Source: Lama glama
Taxonomy: Eukaryota
DNA: 64,000 nt
Direction of reading: 5' to 3'
Assembly (NCBI GenBank): GCA_028534125.1
Contig: CM052816.1
Location: 93,932,001 to 93,996,000 of the forward strand
The translations under genes and the position numbers were made by a program. The notes beneath the pieces are model-generated. The model did not search any database and had not been told where the DNA came from. It saw only the letters and a list, made by a program, of their open reading frames with translations. Positions 25,119 through 39,300 of the stretch are shown here, in pieces. Numbering within the stretch: position 1 is the stretch's first letter; the number at the start of each line of letters is the position of its first letter.

Positions 25119-26133
25119 GATATTTACAAATGGTATGTCTGATAACGGGTTAATATGCAAAATATAGAGAGAGCTCATGCAAGACAATACAAAAAAAAAA
25201 AAAACAACCAGATGGAAAAATGGGCAGAAGACCTACATTGACATTTTTCCAAAGAAGACATACAGATGGCCAACAGGTACATAAAAAGGCGCTCAACATC
25301 ACTAATCATCAGAGAAATGTAAATCAAAACCACAATGAGATATCACCTCAGGCCTGCCAGAATAACTTATCATCAAAAAAACAACAAATAACAAATGCTG
25401 GCAAGTATGTGGAGAAAAGGGAACCTAGTACACTGTTGGTGAGAAGGTAAGTTGGTAGAGCAATGATGGAAACAGTATGAAAATTTCACAAAAAATTAAA
25501 AATAGACTTACCATATGATCCAGCAATTTCACTCTGGGATATATATGCAAAGAAAATGAAAACACTAATTTGAAAAGATATATGCACTCCAGTGTTCATA
25601 GCAGCATCATTCATGATAGCCATGATATGGAAGCAACCTAAATGTCCATCGACAGATGAATGGATAAAAAAGATATGGTGCATATATGTAATATATACAA
25701 TAGAATATTACTCAGCTATAAAAAAGGGATAAATTTTGCCATTTGCAACAAGGATGGAGCCAGAAGGTATTAGGTTTAGTGAAGTAAATCAGAGAAAGAC
25801 AAATACTATATGCTTTCACTGATATGTGGATCTAAAAAATAAAAGAGTGAATATAAAAAATCAGAAACAGACTCATAGATACAGAGAACCAACTAGTGGT
25901 GACCAGAGAGGAGAGAGATGGAGGGAGGGGCAAGATAGAGGAAGGCAATTAAGAGGTACAAACTACTAGGTATAAAATAAATAAGATACAAAAATGTAAT
26001 GTACAGCACTGGAAATATAACCAATATTCTATAATAACTTTAAGAGGAGCCTAATCTATAAAAATGTCAAGTCACATTGTTTTTTACCTGAAACTAATAC
26101 AACATTGTAAATCAACTATATTTCAATAAAAAA
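25119..26133 (+). mobile_element. L1 ORF2 C-terminus plus 3' UTR ending in AATAAA and a short A tail
   Basis: gacatttttccaaagaagacatacagatggccaacagg...aaaccacaatgagata...ccatatgatccagcaatttcactctggg...tggaagcaacctaaatgtccatcgacagatgaatggataaa. Confidence 0.95.
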
Positions 26134-29100
26134 TTTAGAGATCATTATTTTTACCTCTGTTAAATTTAAAAGCAAGAAATTGTATTGATTTTTATTGATA
26201 TTTACACATAATATCATTATATATCGATACACAATGACATATAGCATTGATTTACATATATGTATCTTCTAAATAATTAATTGAATATATGCACAACTCC
26301 CAGATTATTAATTCTTTATATTAAGAATCTAGTCTACTCTTTGTTAATTCAAGTTCAGCACAGTGCTCATTCTCCATTAGTTATTTTCTAACTACTTGCT
26401 GGCTTTACTCAAATTTCTATTTGGTATTGCATCATGTGATTCAAATTATCATACAATTTTTGATTATTTAGGACAATGTGGCTAGAAAATATGATGTTTC
26501 TGGTCTCAGACTGAGTTTGCATTCTACATAGCATCACTTAGAACTTTGAAGAAATAAAAAATATTTATGGCATTTTCAAAGCACTGATAGAAAATCCTCT
26601 TTACATTATAATTTTAGAACAATATAAATCTGACAGGTTTTTTGAAATCCATAGATGTAAATTACTTAGTGTGACAAAATCATGTACTTATTTAGTAAGA
26701 AAAAATGTAAACAAATAAGGCTAACTCTTTATTTTCTGAAAAGGTAATTTTTATTTTTAATAGCTTATGTCTTATTGAGTATATAATAAAAAGCTTTTTT
26801 AGAACAAAATAAATCAAAATAAATGAGAATATAGTTATTAAAAGTAGATTCTTTTCTTCAAAGATAACCATCAGTGTGAATACATCTAATTTTAATAAAA
26901 TATAGCTCCTTAAGTTAGAAATACAAATGTGAAACACGTGTAGATGTAATACCTGAATTTGAAAGAAATTACATTTTAATAATGCAAAAAATAACTAGAG
27001 AATATTCCATTTCTACAATAATCAGTGTATAGTATTTAAACCTCTGACAAAGGTACTTAGAATGATCATTAAAATTATTTTAAATAATTTTTATCAGAAA
27101 ATACTTCCTTATATACAAAAGGAAGATGTTATTATAATTATCATCATTATTACACCAAAACAAGCCTGCTATGATTAGTCTGAAATTCCCTTTTGTCTCA
27201 CCAAGTGGAAGAAAATTTGATAGTTGCAGTTTCCTACAGGAATAAATTGATACAAGTGCTCCCAACAACAAAATCATGAAAAGACCCATCTTTATTCAGA
27301 AACTCTCTAAAAAAATTCATTATCAAAAAGAAAAAAAAATAGCACACTCATGGACAGCAGCTTGAGTATGAGGTTTGTGGTAATGTAGCTAAGATAATGT
27401 TGAGGTTATGATAAATGACATGTGAAACCCCCATATATATGTAAACTAGAAAAGGATATATAAATCAGTATGTGAAAAGGAGAAGAGGCAGAAAACCTAT
27501 TAGTCTATTTTAAGCTGAAAATGGAGTATTAAATTTAATGCAGTTGAATGACAGACCATTGAGTCTTAAAAGCAACTTAAGAAATTCTCTTAGGGTAGGA
27601 ATCTTCTCTTCTTAAAGGAATAACTTGATAAGCCAAAGAGGTGAGATGTTAATAGTATATTTTTAAAAAGTCAGGACAGCCAAGAAACAGCTAAAAGAAC
27701 CAGAAAACCCTGAAGGCGGAAGTTGAGGCCACTAAGGCAATGAAAATACACGCCTCAAGGAAACTGTCAAATCTTGATGGTATTGTATATTCTATAGAAC
27801 AAAGGTGCAAAAATGGCCATATATTAAGGGATGGACACATCTCAGCTGACATCTGATTCACACTAATGAGGGCAGCCAACAAAATATATTGCCATCGCCA
27901 ACTGCTTCTCTCATGTTTGCTTTCAAATTTTAGACACTTTTTATATTAATGCTGAATTTACCTAAAAGGAAAATGATAAGAACTTACTTGGTATGAAAGA
28001 ATGAAGAAATATTTGGAGTACTAACGAAGGAATATTATTCACTTTGATTTACAGTTAAAAGAAAATTATTTTGAATTTATTATATAAGTGATATTAATAA
28101 ATTTTAGTTGAAATAGCCTTAATTAGAGTTTCATTTCTGTATCATTGCAGGTGTCATGGACCAATCAATAAATAATTTTATAGAAAAAAGTTTAATAAAT
28201 TACTTTCATATGTAAAATGAAACTCGACAAGGTATTTTGTAAGAATTCCTATGATTTCTTCTATTTTTTCATATACACCAAATAAACACTGACAGGAAAT
28301 ACATGTGTAACTTGTACAACAGTTCAGTTTTTATATACATAAAGAACATTTTATTACATGGTATACTATATAAATATATATAAAAGCATTTAATGTTATT
28401 TGCAAAGATAATAATAAATATACTTTTAAATAATTTCAATGTATTGAACATTAGGAAGGTTTATAATTAAAACTCTAATAGGCAACCTTAACTAGTTTTC
28501 ACTTTCTGGCAAGGAAATATTTGGCAGCCAATCAAATACAAACCTTTAAAAAAATCAGTTCTCTCTATTAATGCTTTGTAACTGTGCCATTTTTTGTGAG
28601 TTCTCCTTGGGAAGGGATGCAAAATATAAACCACTTCTACATTTGAGTGTCTTCAAACAAGTACTCTTCTTCATAATGATGATGGCAAGACCATCTAACA
28701 TTCAAACACTGAACAAGACAGTTATTAAAAATTACACTCGTGTTCACCAAAAATAAACAAACGCCAGTATTTCTATCAAAGCCGCCATTCTACCTAATTG
28801 AAATCTATGAAGCACAACAGAGAGGAGAATTGAAATCCTCCCCTTCATTAAGAAACCTGAAAGTCACCTTGGAGAAGGATACTGACAAGATATTTTTCAT
28901 ATATAAAAGTATGACTCACTGTTTTGCTCTATATAACCAGCTCTGGAAGTTGGAAACTGCCTTTGATGTAATAAAAAAAAAATCATTACCTCATTTAAGA
29001 AAGAAAAATATACTATAATTTAAAGAGACAAATATTTTGTGGAAAGAATTAAAAGTTCATGGAAACCCTGACATTCTAAAGACATGTCTGTATATAGTAA

Positions 29101-29157
29101 ATGAACTTTAAAATAAAGCTAATTGTTAGAAATTTTAGGGAAATATAAGGCCCTCTG

Positions 29158-29527
29158 TAGTACTAGTTCGCTAGGGCTGCCATAAGGAAATACCACAGAT
29201 TGGGTGTTCTAAAGAACAGATTTTTTTTTTCCCCACAATTCTGGAGACTGGAAGTCCAAGATGCCAGTAGGATTGGTGGCTCCCAAGGCTTCTTTTGGTC
29301 TGCAGGTGGCTGCCTCCTTGCTGTTTCCTCTCAAGGTTTTTCTTCTGCACTCTCCCGTCCCTGATGTCTCTTTCTCTTCTTATAAAGACACCAGTCATGC
29401 TGGATTAAGACCCTCACTTAACCGTAAATGCCACTTTGAAGACTCTATTTCCAAACACAGTCACATTCGAAGGTACTGGGAGATAGGGCTTAACACATGG
29501 ATTTTGATAAGGACATAATTCAATCTA
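29158..29527 (-). mobile_element. MaLR solo LTR (MLT1B-like)
   Basis: gctagggctgccataaggaaataccacagattggg...ttctggagactggaagtccaagat...cttataaagacaccagtcat...ccaaacacagtcacatt. Confidence 0.9.
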
Positions 29528-32500
29528 GGAATTCAATCTGAGTTCCTAATAAAGTTAGAGAATTTGTCAAATTACTGACAAAATTAAAAATTTTTCTCTT
29601 TATGCATTGTTATTAAAAAGAAAGCCAAACTCCACCATATTGTATGTTCTGATGTATATAATTCTCTCTCCCCAAAGCATCTCAAATTATTTTTATGTTG
29701 AAATATTTTCAAATGCATAGGGAAAATTTTACAGCCATGTTGCCACAACATCGCATTTCAGTATTGCTCAAAGTTTGCTCATTTCTGTCATCTGGTCCCC
29801 GTCAATCTGTTTTGATTCAGCATGTTCCTGGCCAGGGGAGATCTGAATACATGTTAGTAAATCAATCACTAATACGTTAAACACAGGCAATTAAACTCTA
29901 TTGACCAAAATCACATTCAGAGGTCTGGTGCTATAGAACTTGTATTTGCCAAATAAACAGTCTCTTGACTCTCCATCCAACATGTTTACAGAGAGGTCAC
30001 ATAGTGACAAGAGTCTTAAGACTATGGCAGAATTATCTGGTCCCTTTTCCATTCCTATATGTAAGCAGCACAGAAAGGTTAAGCTGGAGGAAACCCCAGG
30101 AACACTATAATTCCCTTTGCTGAATTTGAGGGAAAATCAAGCTAAATATCATTCAATCGATTACTTATCACCCAGTTTTTTAAAAAATATATTAAAATAT
30201 TTTTTACTGAGAATGATGTAAGTATTTACATAATGTATATAATTTATCTGCTAAAAATCTGCATCAAAAAATAATGGTAACTGGCAATGTTATTACTGAT
30301 AAATCAGTTCAAAAATAAAAAAGCCAAATACATATAAGAATGGATACCTCTTGACAACTTGGCTTCTTTTGAAGTATATAGATTTGAGCTATTAAATCCA
30401 CTGTAATTGATACATGTAACTCTGCAATTTGAGTTTCTATACAATTTCGGGAACAGAAAAATGTATTTGTTTCACTGAGTATGTTTCAATGCTCTAGTAT
30501 ACGAAAAAGTAAAGATCCCAGGTGTTGCTTATCAATCTTCTTTTATAGCAAGACCAGGGTGGAGGGTTAGAGGTGAGGAGATTGAACACATTAGTTTCTG
30601 TGAGTGAGTGTGAGAAAGGGAAAGTGTTTTCCTCTGAGGGGCCACATCACTAAGGCAGTGTAAATACTAATAAATACAAAAAAAAAGAAACTGAGCTATA
30701 CTCAGAAGAGTTTCTTTTGCCTGTGAGTCTATTCCTCAAATAAAAGTTTTAAGTTTAATTTTGAACTATTTTAAATTTTAAAATTTTAAACTGTATATTT
30801 CATCATAAAACTAAAATTCTGAATTTTTCTGGCATAAATATTTAAATTTATTCTAATAGCAAATATTGACTTTCTAAAGGACCTTTAGTTTCACCCTTCC
30901 TAGTCACATAGTGACAGAAACCTTTTTATTACATCCCTAGTCGTAGTTGACTGGTTCTGCACTAACGGGATAGCCGCTATCACACCTGACTTAAAAAGAT
31001 GTACAATATATGTCATATATAAGACATGAAATAGAATTTCAGGGTTTTGCAAGAAGCAGACCCTGACTGTTCTTGGTCCCAAATAACTAGAGATGGGATT
31101 TTAAAATATTTAGAGTGATAAAAACTCAATAAAATATTTCATTTGATTGAAATTGGACAAAAAGTCAGATTAAGAATGTGATGGTTTTATCAGAACCTCT
31201 ATGGTGAATAAAATAACTCAGAGTAAGGATCAGATTAAAGACAGACCTCATTCTTATTCAATATAGTCAGAAAATAGCCAACATGATGATATGGGGAAAA
31301 GAAAAGGAATGACAAGACAAAGAAATAAAAGGGTAGCTTTATCTAAAAAGAAGTTTTGATTTATTTTCTGGTGCATGGAATTTGGCAGAGTCAAATAAAT
31401 AAGAAGTCTACTGTTCATTTGATAGAAATGCATTGCCCATAAAACCTTAAGATGACTTTGGCCGCTCAAGAATCAAAGCAAAAATGTAACCCTACTTTAC
31501 TCCAGTATCAAGAGTGCTGAGAAATTTATGCATCTTCACCAATAGCCACAAAATTTTTGACCAAGGGAAATAATGAGGAGGTAAAAAGGAACTCCCAGAG
31601 CAAAATACTCTGCCAGAAGGAAGAGAGAACAAGACAAAGGCATTATTCATTGCAAATTATAACTAGGGCTAAGTGCCCTCAGGATACAAAGCTTTCCAAT
31701 TCTCTGCCCTGTGAGATTTCTAAATAGGTGAGCAAGAAACTTAACTGTTTTCCTTATTTCTTCTGTTCAAAAAGAGTGTAATTGGTTACCTATCCCATTT
31801 GCAACATTCTTGCATGCTTGCGTGCATGTGTTTTTATGGGATATGTCTTGTCTTTTTAATTCATAGAAATGCCCACTAAGAGTTGTTAACATTCACATTT
31901 AATGGGAGGCTAAATCAAGTGACTAACTGTAGCCTAAGCTACTGGCAGTGGTACCACATGTTAACTTCCAGGCTGAAATATTTCAGTGCTGTGCACATCA
32001 CTCCAGTTCCCTCTAACCCTGAATGCCAAATCTTTAAATGGTAGGTCCAGGACAGAATCAGCCTGATTCATTAATTGGGAAGGAACTTTGTACCCAGTGG
32101 GGAATTTGTCTACATGAGAATGAACTTGTAGATGTTAAGCAAGTAAATGTCTGGATTTGTTTGTTATGATAACATATCAAATCTTGACCTGTCTGTTGCA
32201 ACATTATTTCTTAAAAGTATTTTAACAAGGCATGGCTACTAGATTCTCATAGATGTTCTATGAAAACTAGTTTGGGAAGTTTAATTTTACTTATGGAGAA
32301 GAGTTTATTAGATGTGTTAAAGTTTGATTTTTCAGGTGCTACATGAAGGAAGATATGAATATTTGGTAAGTTTGTTTTGTTTTGTACTGTTTTGTTCCTG
32401 GACCTTCAAACATCTGAGGATACTACTTAAGATAAATTCTACATCGAGAAAATGATAACTAATTGTTTCCAGGACTGAAAAAAATTGTGGCTAAATTTAA

Positions 32501-33619
32501 TTTGAACACCTAATACTGGACTTGAGATTTCATCGACCTCTAATCTCATAACCTTAATATCCTATGAAAAGTTCAATATTCCAGGGATAAATATATACTT
32601 TCCCTTGAGAAAGCAAATACCCCTTTAACAAAAGAGAGTGAGTTTCTAGTTCTGATTCATATCAAGTTTTTCACAACAAGGGGAGTCTCTCTTCCTTGCT
32701 TTTAAATTAGCTTTCCTCCCTGGGTGAGATGGAAATGACAGGACAGGGAGTCCCTTCCTGTACATCAGACATGATTCGTAAGGGCTACGATTAAATGATG
32801 TTAACTCAACCTCAGCTTACCTAATCATACCAGAGAATGTAGTCAAGATTGTGACTTCTTCAATCTTCTTTCCAATCTCAGGATTGTTTAAAGCCAGAGC
32901 TGTATTTAACATGATACACGCTTTCATAAGAATCATTCTCTGCGTTCTGTATCTCAATAGCTATCTCTTCCCTGGAGTGAGTGGTTATTTCCTCCATGTT
33001 GGCCTCTCGAGAAAGACTGAGCTCACCAGAAATGATTAAATCTGCTCTCCTGTACCATGGGCTTCAACAACTGCAATATTACATTCTGGCAATTTAGCGG
33101 ACCTGGTTCTACCCTGACTGACTCTGAAATCAAAGTATCATACTTCTGCACTTTTAAATGAAATTCCATTTTAGATGTTGACGCACAGGAGCCAGTCACC
33201 ACGTTCCTGTTGAATAAATTTGTGAGCTGTCAGTGTTGTGCAGTATAGTAGATATAAAGGATGCTCAAGGATTACAATCACAGATACATTATTTATACTG
33301 AATATTCTGGAGCTAAAACGGTCATGGACATTATGTAAAATCAACTAAAATCCCCTAACTGTAATTTTTGACACCTTAAGAGGAAGACTTGCCCTCTGCA
33401 TGGATAAAGTTCAGATTTTGCATTACACATTATTACATTTGTAATATTGAAGAATTCAGCAACAAACTAAACAGATACATCAATTGTGTATCTAAATAAT
33501 TGAATTAATATATAATTGAACACCATACGAGTAAATTCATGAATATAATCCAATGTAATGTTTAGCAAAACTGAAAATGAAGGCTACTTTATAGTATGTT
33601 TTTATTTACATAAAGTTGA

Positions 33620-36600
33620 AAAGAACACAAATCAGTACTATGCATTGTTAACATGCACATTCCCATGCAGAAGCATAAGTTCAAGAGCATCACTCATATT
33701 GCCCTTCCGTGACCACTCATTCCCTCTCCTCTCACCCTCTCCTTAGTCCCTGGCAGCCGTGAATCTGATACACATATAATTTTTTACATAATTGGATCCA
33801 TATGGGATGTAAAATTTTGGATTTAGATTTTTTTTTCCCATCAGCACTCTGTGAAGTTTCTCTGCATCTTCACTACTTTTGGTGTTCTTAACATGTTTTT
33901 AAAATTTTGGTCACTCTTAATAAATGTGTGGTGCTATATTGCTGTAGGTTTATTTTCAGTTCTCTAGCAGCTGCGTTGCTGACCATGTGGCTGTCTCTAC
34001 ATTCTCTTCAGAGAAATGTTTGTTTATGTCATTTGACATTTTCTTATTGGATTGTTTCCTTTTTACTCTTAAGTTTAGACTATTCTTTATAGATGCTAGA
34101 TATTCATCTTCTGCCACGTGAGCATTTTACAAATATTTTCTCCAAGTCTATAGTTCATATTTTCATCCTCTTCACAAAGCCAACACTTCCAGTTTTGATG
34201 AAATCCGGTATGTCAAGTTTCCCTTCATGGAACACGCTTTTGTTGTCAAATCTAAGGAATCTTTGCCTAGACCTGGATTCTGCAGACTTTTCTTGTGTTT
34301 TTTTTAATATAAAAATTTTACAGTTTTATATTTTGTTTTTACATCTGTAATTTGTTTTGAATTCATTTTTGTGTCAGATGTGAAGTCTCAAGTTTCACTG
34401 TTTTTGTTTTGTTTTGTTTTGTTTTTACCTGTAGCTATTCAATTGCTCCAGCACCATTTGCTAAAACCCTATCTTTTTTCCCATCAGATTGCTTTTTCAT
34501 CTTTGTCAAAATTCAGCTTGGCATATTTTATGTGAGTGTATTTGTAAGATTTCTGTTTTTTCCCGTTGATTTATAGGTCTAACCCTTGGCCAGCACTACA
34601 CTGTCTTGATTAGTATAATGGATAATAGGCCTTCATAATGGGTAGACTGAGTCCTCACTTAATTATTAAGATGATTTAGTTATTTTAGGGCTTGTGCCTT
34701 TTGACATAAATTTTAGAATAACCATGAGTAGATCTACAAAGACCTTGCTGGAATTTTATAAAGGATTGCCTTAAACCTATGGATCAATTTGGAGACAATT
34801 GACATCTTTCTCATGCTGAGTCCTCCAACCCAAGAAAATGGTATAGCTTTCCACTTATATGTTCTTTGATTTATTAGATCAGTGTAATATAATATGCAGC
34901 ATAAAGTTATTCAATGCATTTATACCTACATGGTTCATTTTATTTGAAGCAAATGTAAATGGCATTATGTATTTTTAAGTTTCATCTCTACAAGGTTAAT
35001 GTTAACATACAGAATGTGATTAACTTTTGTCTACTGATCCTGTATTGTGTGACCATATTGAACTCAATTATGAGTTCAAGAGGCAGATTTTTGGGAACTT
35101 CCCATATGGACAGTCATGTAATCAGTAAAATGGTGCAGTCTGGTTACATTATTTCCAACCTGACCTTAAACAATTTTTTTTTCTCTTATTCCACTAGTTA
35201 GGAATTCCAGTACTATGTAAAAAAGGAATAGTGAGAAGGGACATCCTTGCCTTGTTTCTGACAAGTATTCCATCTTTTCCCATTAAATATGATGTTAGCT
35301 GTAGGGTTTTGGGGAGTTTTTTGTTTGTTTGTTTTGTTATGTGTGTATGACCCAGGTTATGGTCTTATCACGGTAGCTTTGTCATGTGTGCATGACAGGT
35401 ACATATATTCTGTAGTTTGGGGTGAATGGCCCATACACATCTCCTAGGTACTCTTCACAGGTCTTTTCTGTTGCACTAGTCAAATCTTATCTATCTTTGC
35501 TGATTTTTTGTCCAATAGTTAAATTAGTTGCTAAGAGAAGGATGACAATAGCCCCCACAATGAATGTGAATTTTTCCATTGCTACTTTCATTAATATTGG
35601 TTTTCACCTACATTTTTAAGCTGTGTTGTTTTGTGCCTACAGATTTAGATCACTGTATCTTCTTGGAAGATTGAACTTTTTATCAATATGTAATTTCCAT
35701 TTGTCCAAGTTATTTTCTTTGAAGTCATCTTTATCTGACATTCATACAACTTTTCTGTCTTGTTCACTTTTAATTAATTCTAACCTAAAATATCCTTTTC
35801 TGTCATTTTACTTTTAGCTAATCCATATCATTGTGTTTGAAGTGAGTTTGTTATAGATAGTACACAGTTGAGTCAAGTTTCAACATCCACTCTCCCAGTC
35901 TCTTTCTTTTAATTGATATATTTACAACATTTACATTTAAAGTAGTCATTGACATGTTACAGAGTTAAGTCTTTCACTTTATAATTTATTTTGTTTATTT
36001 CCCTTTTTGCCTTCCTATGGATTACTGGAACATTTTTTAAGATTCTATTTTACTCTATTTATACTGTTTTTGAGTGTATCATTTTGTGTAATTTTCTTTG
36101 TATTTACTGGCAGTAGTACAAAAAAGTAACTTGGCACAGTCTACTGATGGCAACATTTCACCACTGCAGGTGAAGCATTGAAACTTTATGTGCTCCTTTC
36201 AATTTCTACAGTTTTTACCAGTAATTGTTTAAGCATTGTTTCTATATGCATTTATAACCACAATAGCTTTTTAACTTTTTGCTTCAACCATCTAATATGA
36301 TGTAAGAAATTCATGTGAAGTAAAACCTATTATATTTGTCTCTAATTTTATGTATTCTCTTGTTCCTTTCCTTCTGAAATTCCAATTTTTCTTCCATTAT
36401 CATTTTCTTTGTGTTTGTAGAATTTCCTCCAGACAGTGTTTAAGAGAGTATCTACTAGTGACAAATTCTTTGGATTTTTCTTTATCTGATAATGTCTTTT
36501 TCCCATTAATTTCTAGTGAATAGTTTTGCTAGATATAGAATTTTTTTATGATCAAAAGTTGTTTTTTTTTTCAGCACTTGAAAAATACTGTACTATTTCC

Positions 36601-37840
36601 TCTGGTCTTCATGATGTCAGAAAACTATTGTCATTTGAATCATCATCCCCTTATAGATAAGGTGTCATGTCATTTCAGTAGCTTCTCAGATTTTTTCTTT
36701 GTCTTTAGTTTATAGAAGTTTAATTATGTTGCATTTCAGAAGGGATTTATTTGAGTTTATCCAATTTGTGGTTTGCCTAGGTTCTTGAACCTTTAGGACA
36801 ATGTCTTTGGGCAAAATTATAAAAATTTTTCTCTGTTATTTCCTCATATACTTTTTCATTCCCACATTCTTTCTCCTCTCCTTCTGGGATTCTAGCGATA
36901 TAAATGTTAGATCTTTTGTTAACATCCCACATGTCCCTGAGGCTTTGTTCATTTTAGTTTTATTCTTATTTTCCCTGTGTTGTTCAGGTTGAGTAAATTC
37001 TACTTATCTTTCCACAATTTTATCACTCTGTCTTCCATCAGCTTCATTTGGTTCTTTTTTATATAATTTCTATGTCTATTTTGAATTTCCCATAGTGGAA
37101 TTTATAATTATTTACAATAGCTACTTTGAAATGCTTGCTGAATAATTCTGATACGTATTTCATCTCAGTACTGAATAAGCTGCTTTTTTCTCCTTTCAGG
37201 TGAGATTTTCCTGATGTGTGGGATGAGTGATAATTGAATATATTCCTGGACATATTGGGTATTATATTAGGGCATCCTTAATCATATCTAAATCTTCTGT
37301 TTAACAGGCTGCCAATCTATTTAGGTTTAGAAGGTACATTCTGGCAGCCCTCACTGTCTCCACTGACATCACCATTGCAGGGAGAAGGACCATCCTGTTA
37401 CCACTGGGTGTGACACAAAAGGTAAGCTGTTCTGCCTGGGCCCTGCTGGCAAAGATGCACTGGGCAGACAGGGCCACCACTGCCACTGGGTGTGGACAAC
37501 CCCACTAAACCTTACCAGGATTCTTCTTTAACAGTCCTTTGGCCAAAGAGAGAAATTCTCTTTACTTTTTTGTATGTAGATGACTATTGGCAGTTCCAGT
37601 TTACAGAGCTTTCTGGAACCCAGTCTGAGTTACATAGAGGATACCAGTCAAGCACAAGGAATTCATCACAGTATCAGTCTTCAAGCCATGAGGTTCCTAC
37701 TGAGTTCACTTTCTTCTTTCTACCTTCGAGAGTCCTCTTATGAAAGCTGGTTTTATTATTCTGAGTATATAGTCCAGATAATTTTATGTATTTTATACAC
37801 TGTTTTGAAGTGAACACTTCTGAAGTTTTATGAATTTGTG
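33620..37840 (-). mobile_element. Long old L1 (L1M-type), fragmented, running from the 3' UTR towards the 5' region
   Basis: Continuous T-rich antisense L1 motifs, e.g. caattgctccagcaccatttg, gatcaatttggagacaattgacatcttt, gacatccttgccttgtttctga, tttcagcacttgaaaa. Confidence 0.85.
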
Positions 37841-38349
37841 AGTGTGATTTTTTCCCCTGATACCTTTGGATAAGTGCATATAAATGAAACATTATTTTTT
37901 AAACATAGAATCATTTTTTACATGATAGCCTTTTGAGTCAAAAACCTAGTTCTTAATTATAGTTCTATGTATTTTCAGCTCTGTAACAGTCAAATAGTTA
38001 AACTCTTTGATTCTGTTTTCTTATTTATAAAAAAGATATAAAAGATACATAACAAACAATTTAAAAGCATGAAATAAAAATACTATGAATAATTAATACA
38101 GCATGAGTCTAGTACATATTAGTATTCATTCAATAATTCAAAAAAGGGCACTTAAATTAAAGAAATATTGCAAATCAAGTAATGAACCTATGAATTTTTA
38201 GAGTGGAGGCTCTATGTGCCAAAATCAATTCTAATTGCTTGGAGACACCACATTGGCCTTGTCTCAAATTTCATGGCACTAACATTAGACTGTGCAAAGA
38301 AGAATTAATAGACAATGAGTTGGCAAGTTCACAATGCACACACTTCACA

Positions 38350-39300
38350 TCAAATGTGATCATTTCAAGAAGGAAAATAAAGCAGAGTAATAGGCATAGA
38401 GACTTTCTCTGTGATAATGATTTGGGGGCAGAGATGGAAAGACAGTGAGGAACGATGCAAGGCAGGTATCTGGGGGAAGGGAGTTCTAAGCAGGTGGAAC
38501 AGAAAGGAAAAGGCCCAAGGTAGGACCATGTTTGGCTTGTTCAAAGGACAGCAAGGGGGCTACGGTGCCTGGAGTGATGGGAAATGAAGCAGAGGTGGAC
38601 TCTCTGGAGCCTTGTGAGCAATGAGGAGCTTCCGTTTTACTTGTCTTGAGATGAGAAGCTATTGGGCTGTTTTGAGCAAGGGAGTGACCTCAATAAAGAT
38701 TATTCTGATTGTTTTATGAAGAATACACATATGCTGGAGGAGGGTGGGGAGTGGGAGAGGCAAGTGTGGGAAGTAAAAGAGTGATTAGGAGGCCCCCTGT
38801 AGTAAACTAAGCAAAAGCTTACTTGGATGACAATGAATGTGGAGTGAAGCAGACATGTTTTGACAGTAAAACTTATGGAGCTTAGTTATGTAGTAGTTAC
38901 GTCACATGAGAGAGACTAGTCAAGGATGACTTCAAGATTTGGGGCCTGAGCAATGGGTAGACTGCTGTGATGGTTAATCTTATGTGACAACTGGGCCAGG
39001 CCACGAAGTCCAATTGTTTGGTAAAGCACCAGAGTGGATGTTACTGTGAGGTATATTTTAGATGGGATTAACATTTAATTCAGTAGGATTTATGTAAAGC
39101 AGATTACCCTCCACAATGTAGGTGGGCCTCATCTAATCAGTTGAAATCCTGAAGAGCAAAGACTGAAGAAATTTTTCCTCAAGACTACAACATAGAAACC
39201 CTGTCTCTGGAGAACCCTAGTGCAATTTAAGTTGCCATTAACTGAGACAGGAATGACTGAGGGGCAGGTTTTGGAGAGTAGCGATCAAGAATTTGTTCTT
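38350..39300 (-). mobile_element. L2, interrupted by an MLT2 LTR
   Basis: atctgggggaagggagttctaagcagg...tttgagcaagggagtgac...gtcaaggatgacttcaagatttggggcctgagcaa, resuming at gttgccattaactgaga. Confidence 0.85.
38966..39224 (+). mobile_element. ERVL solo LTR (MLT2-like), internally deleted
   Basis: Starts tgtgatggttaatcttatgtgacaact; contains gcagattaccctccacaatgtaggtgggcctcatctaatcagttgaa; ends tctctggagaaccct. Confidence 0.9.

Noticed and set aside
25220..25683. ORFs of 76 and 65 aa
   Set aside because: Frameshifted or antisense reads of decayed L1 ORF2.
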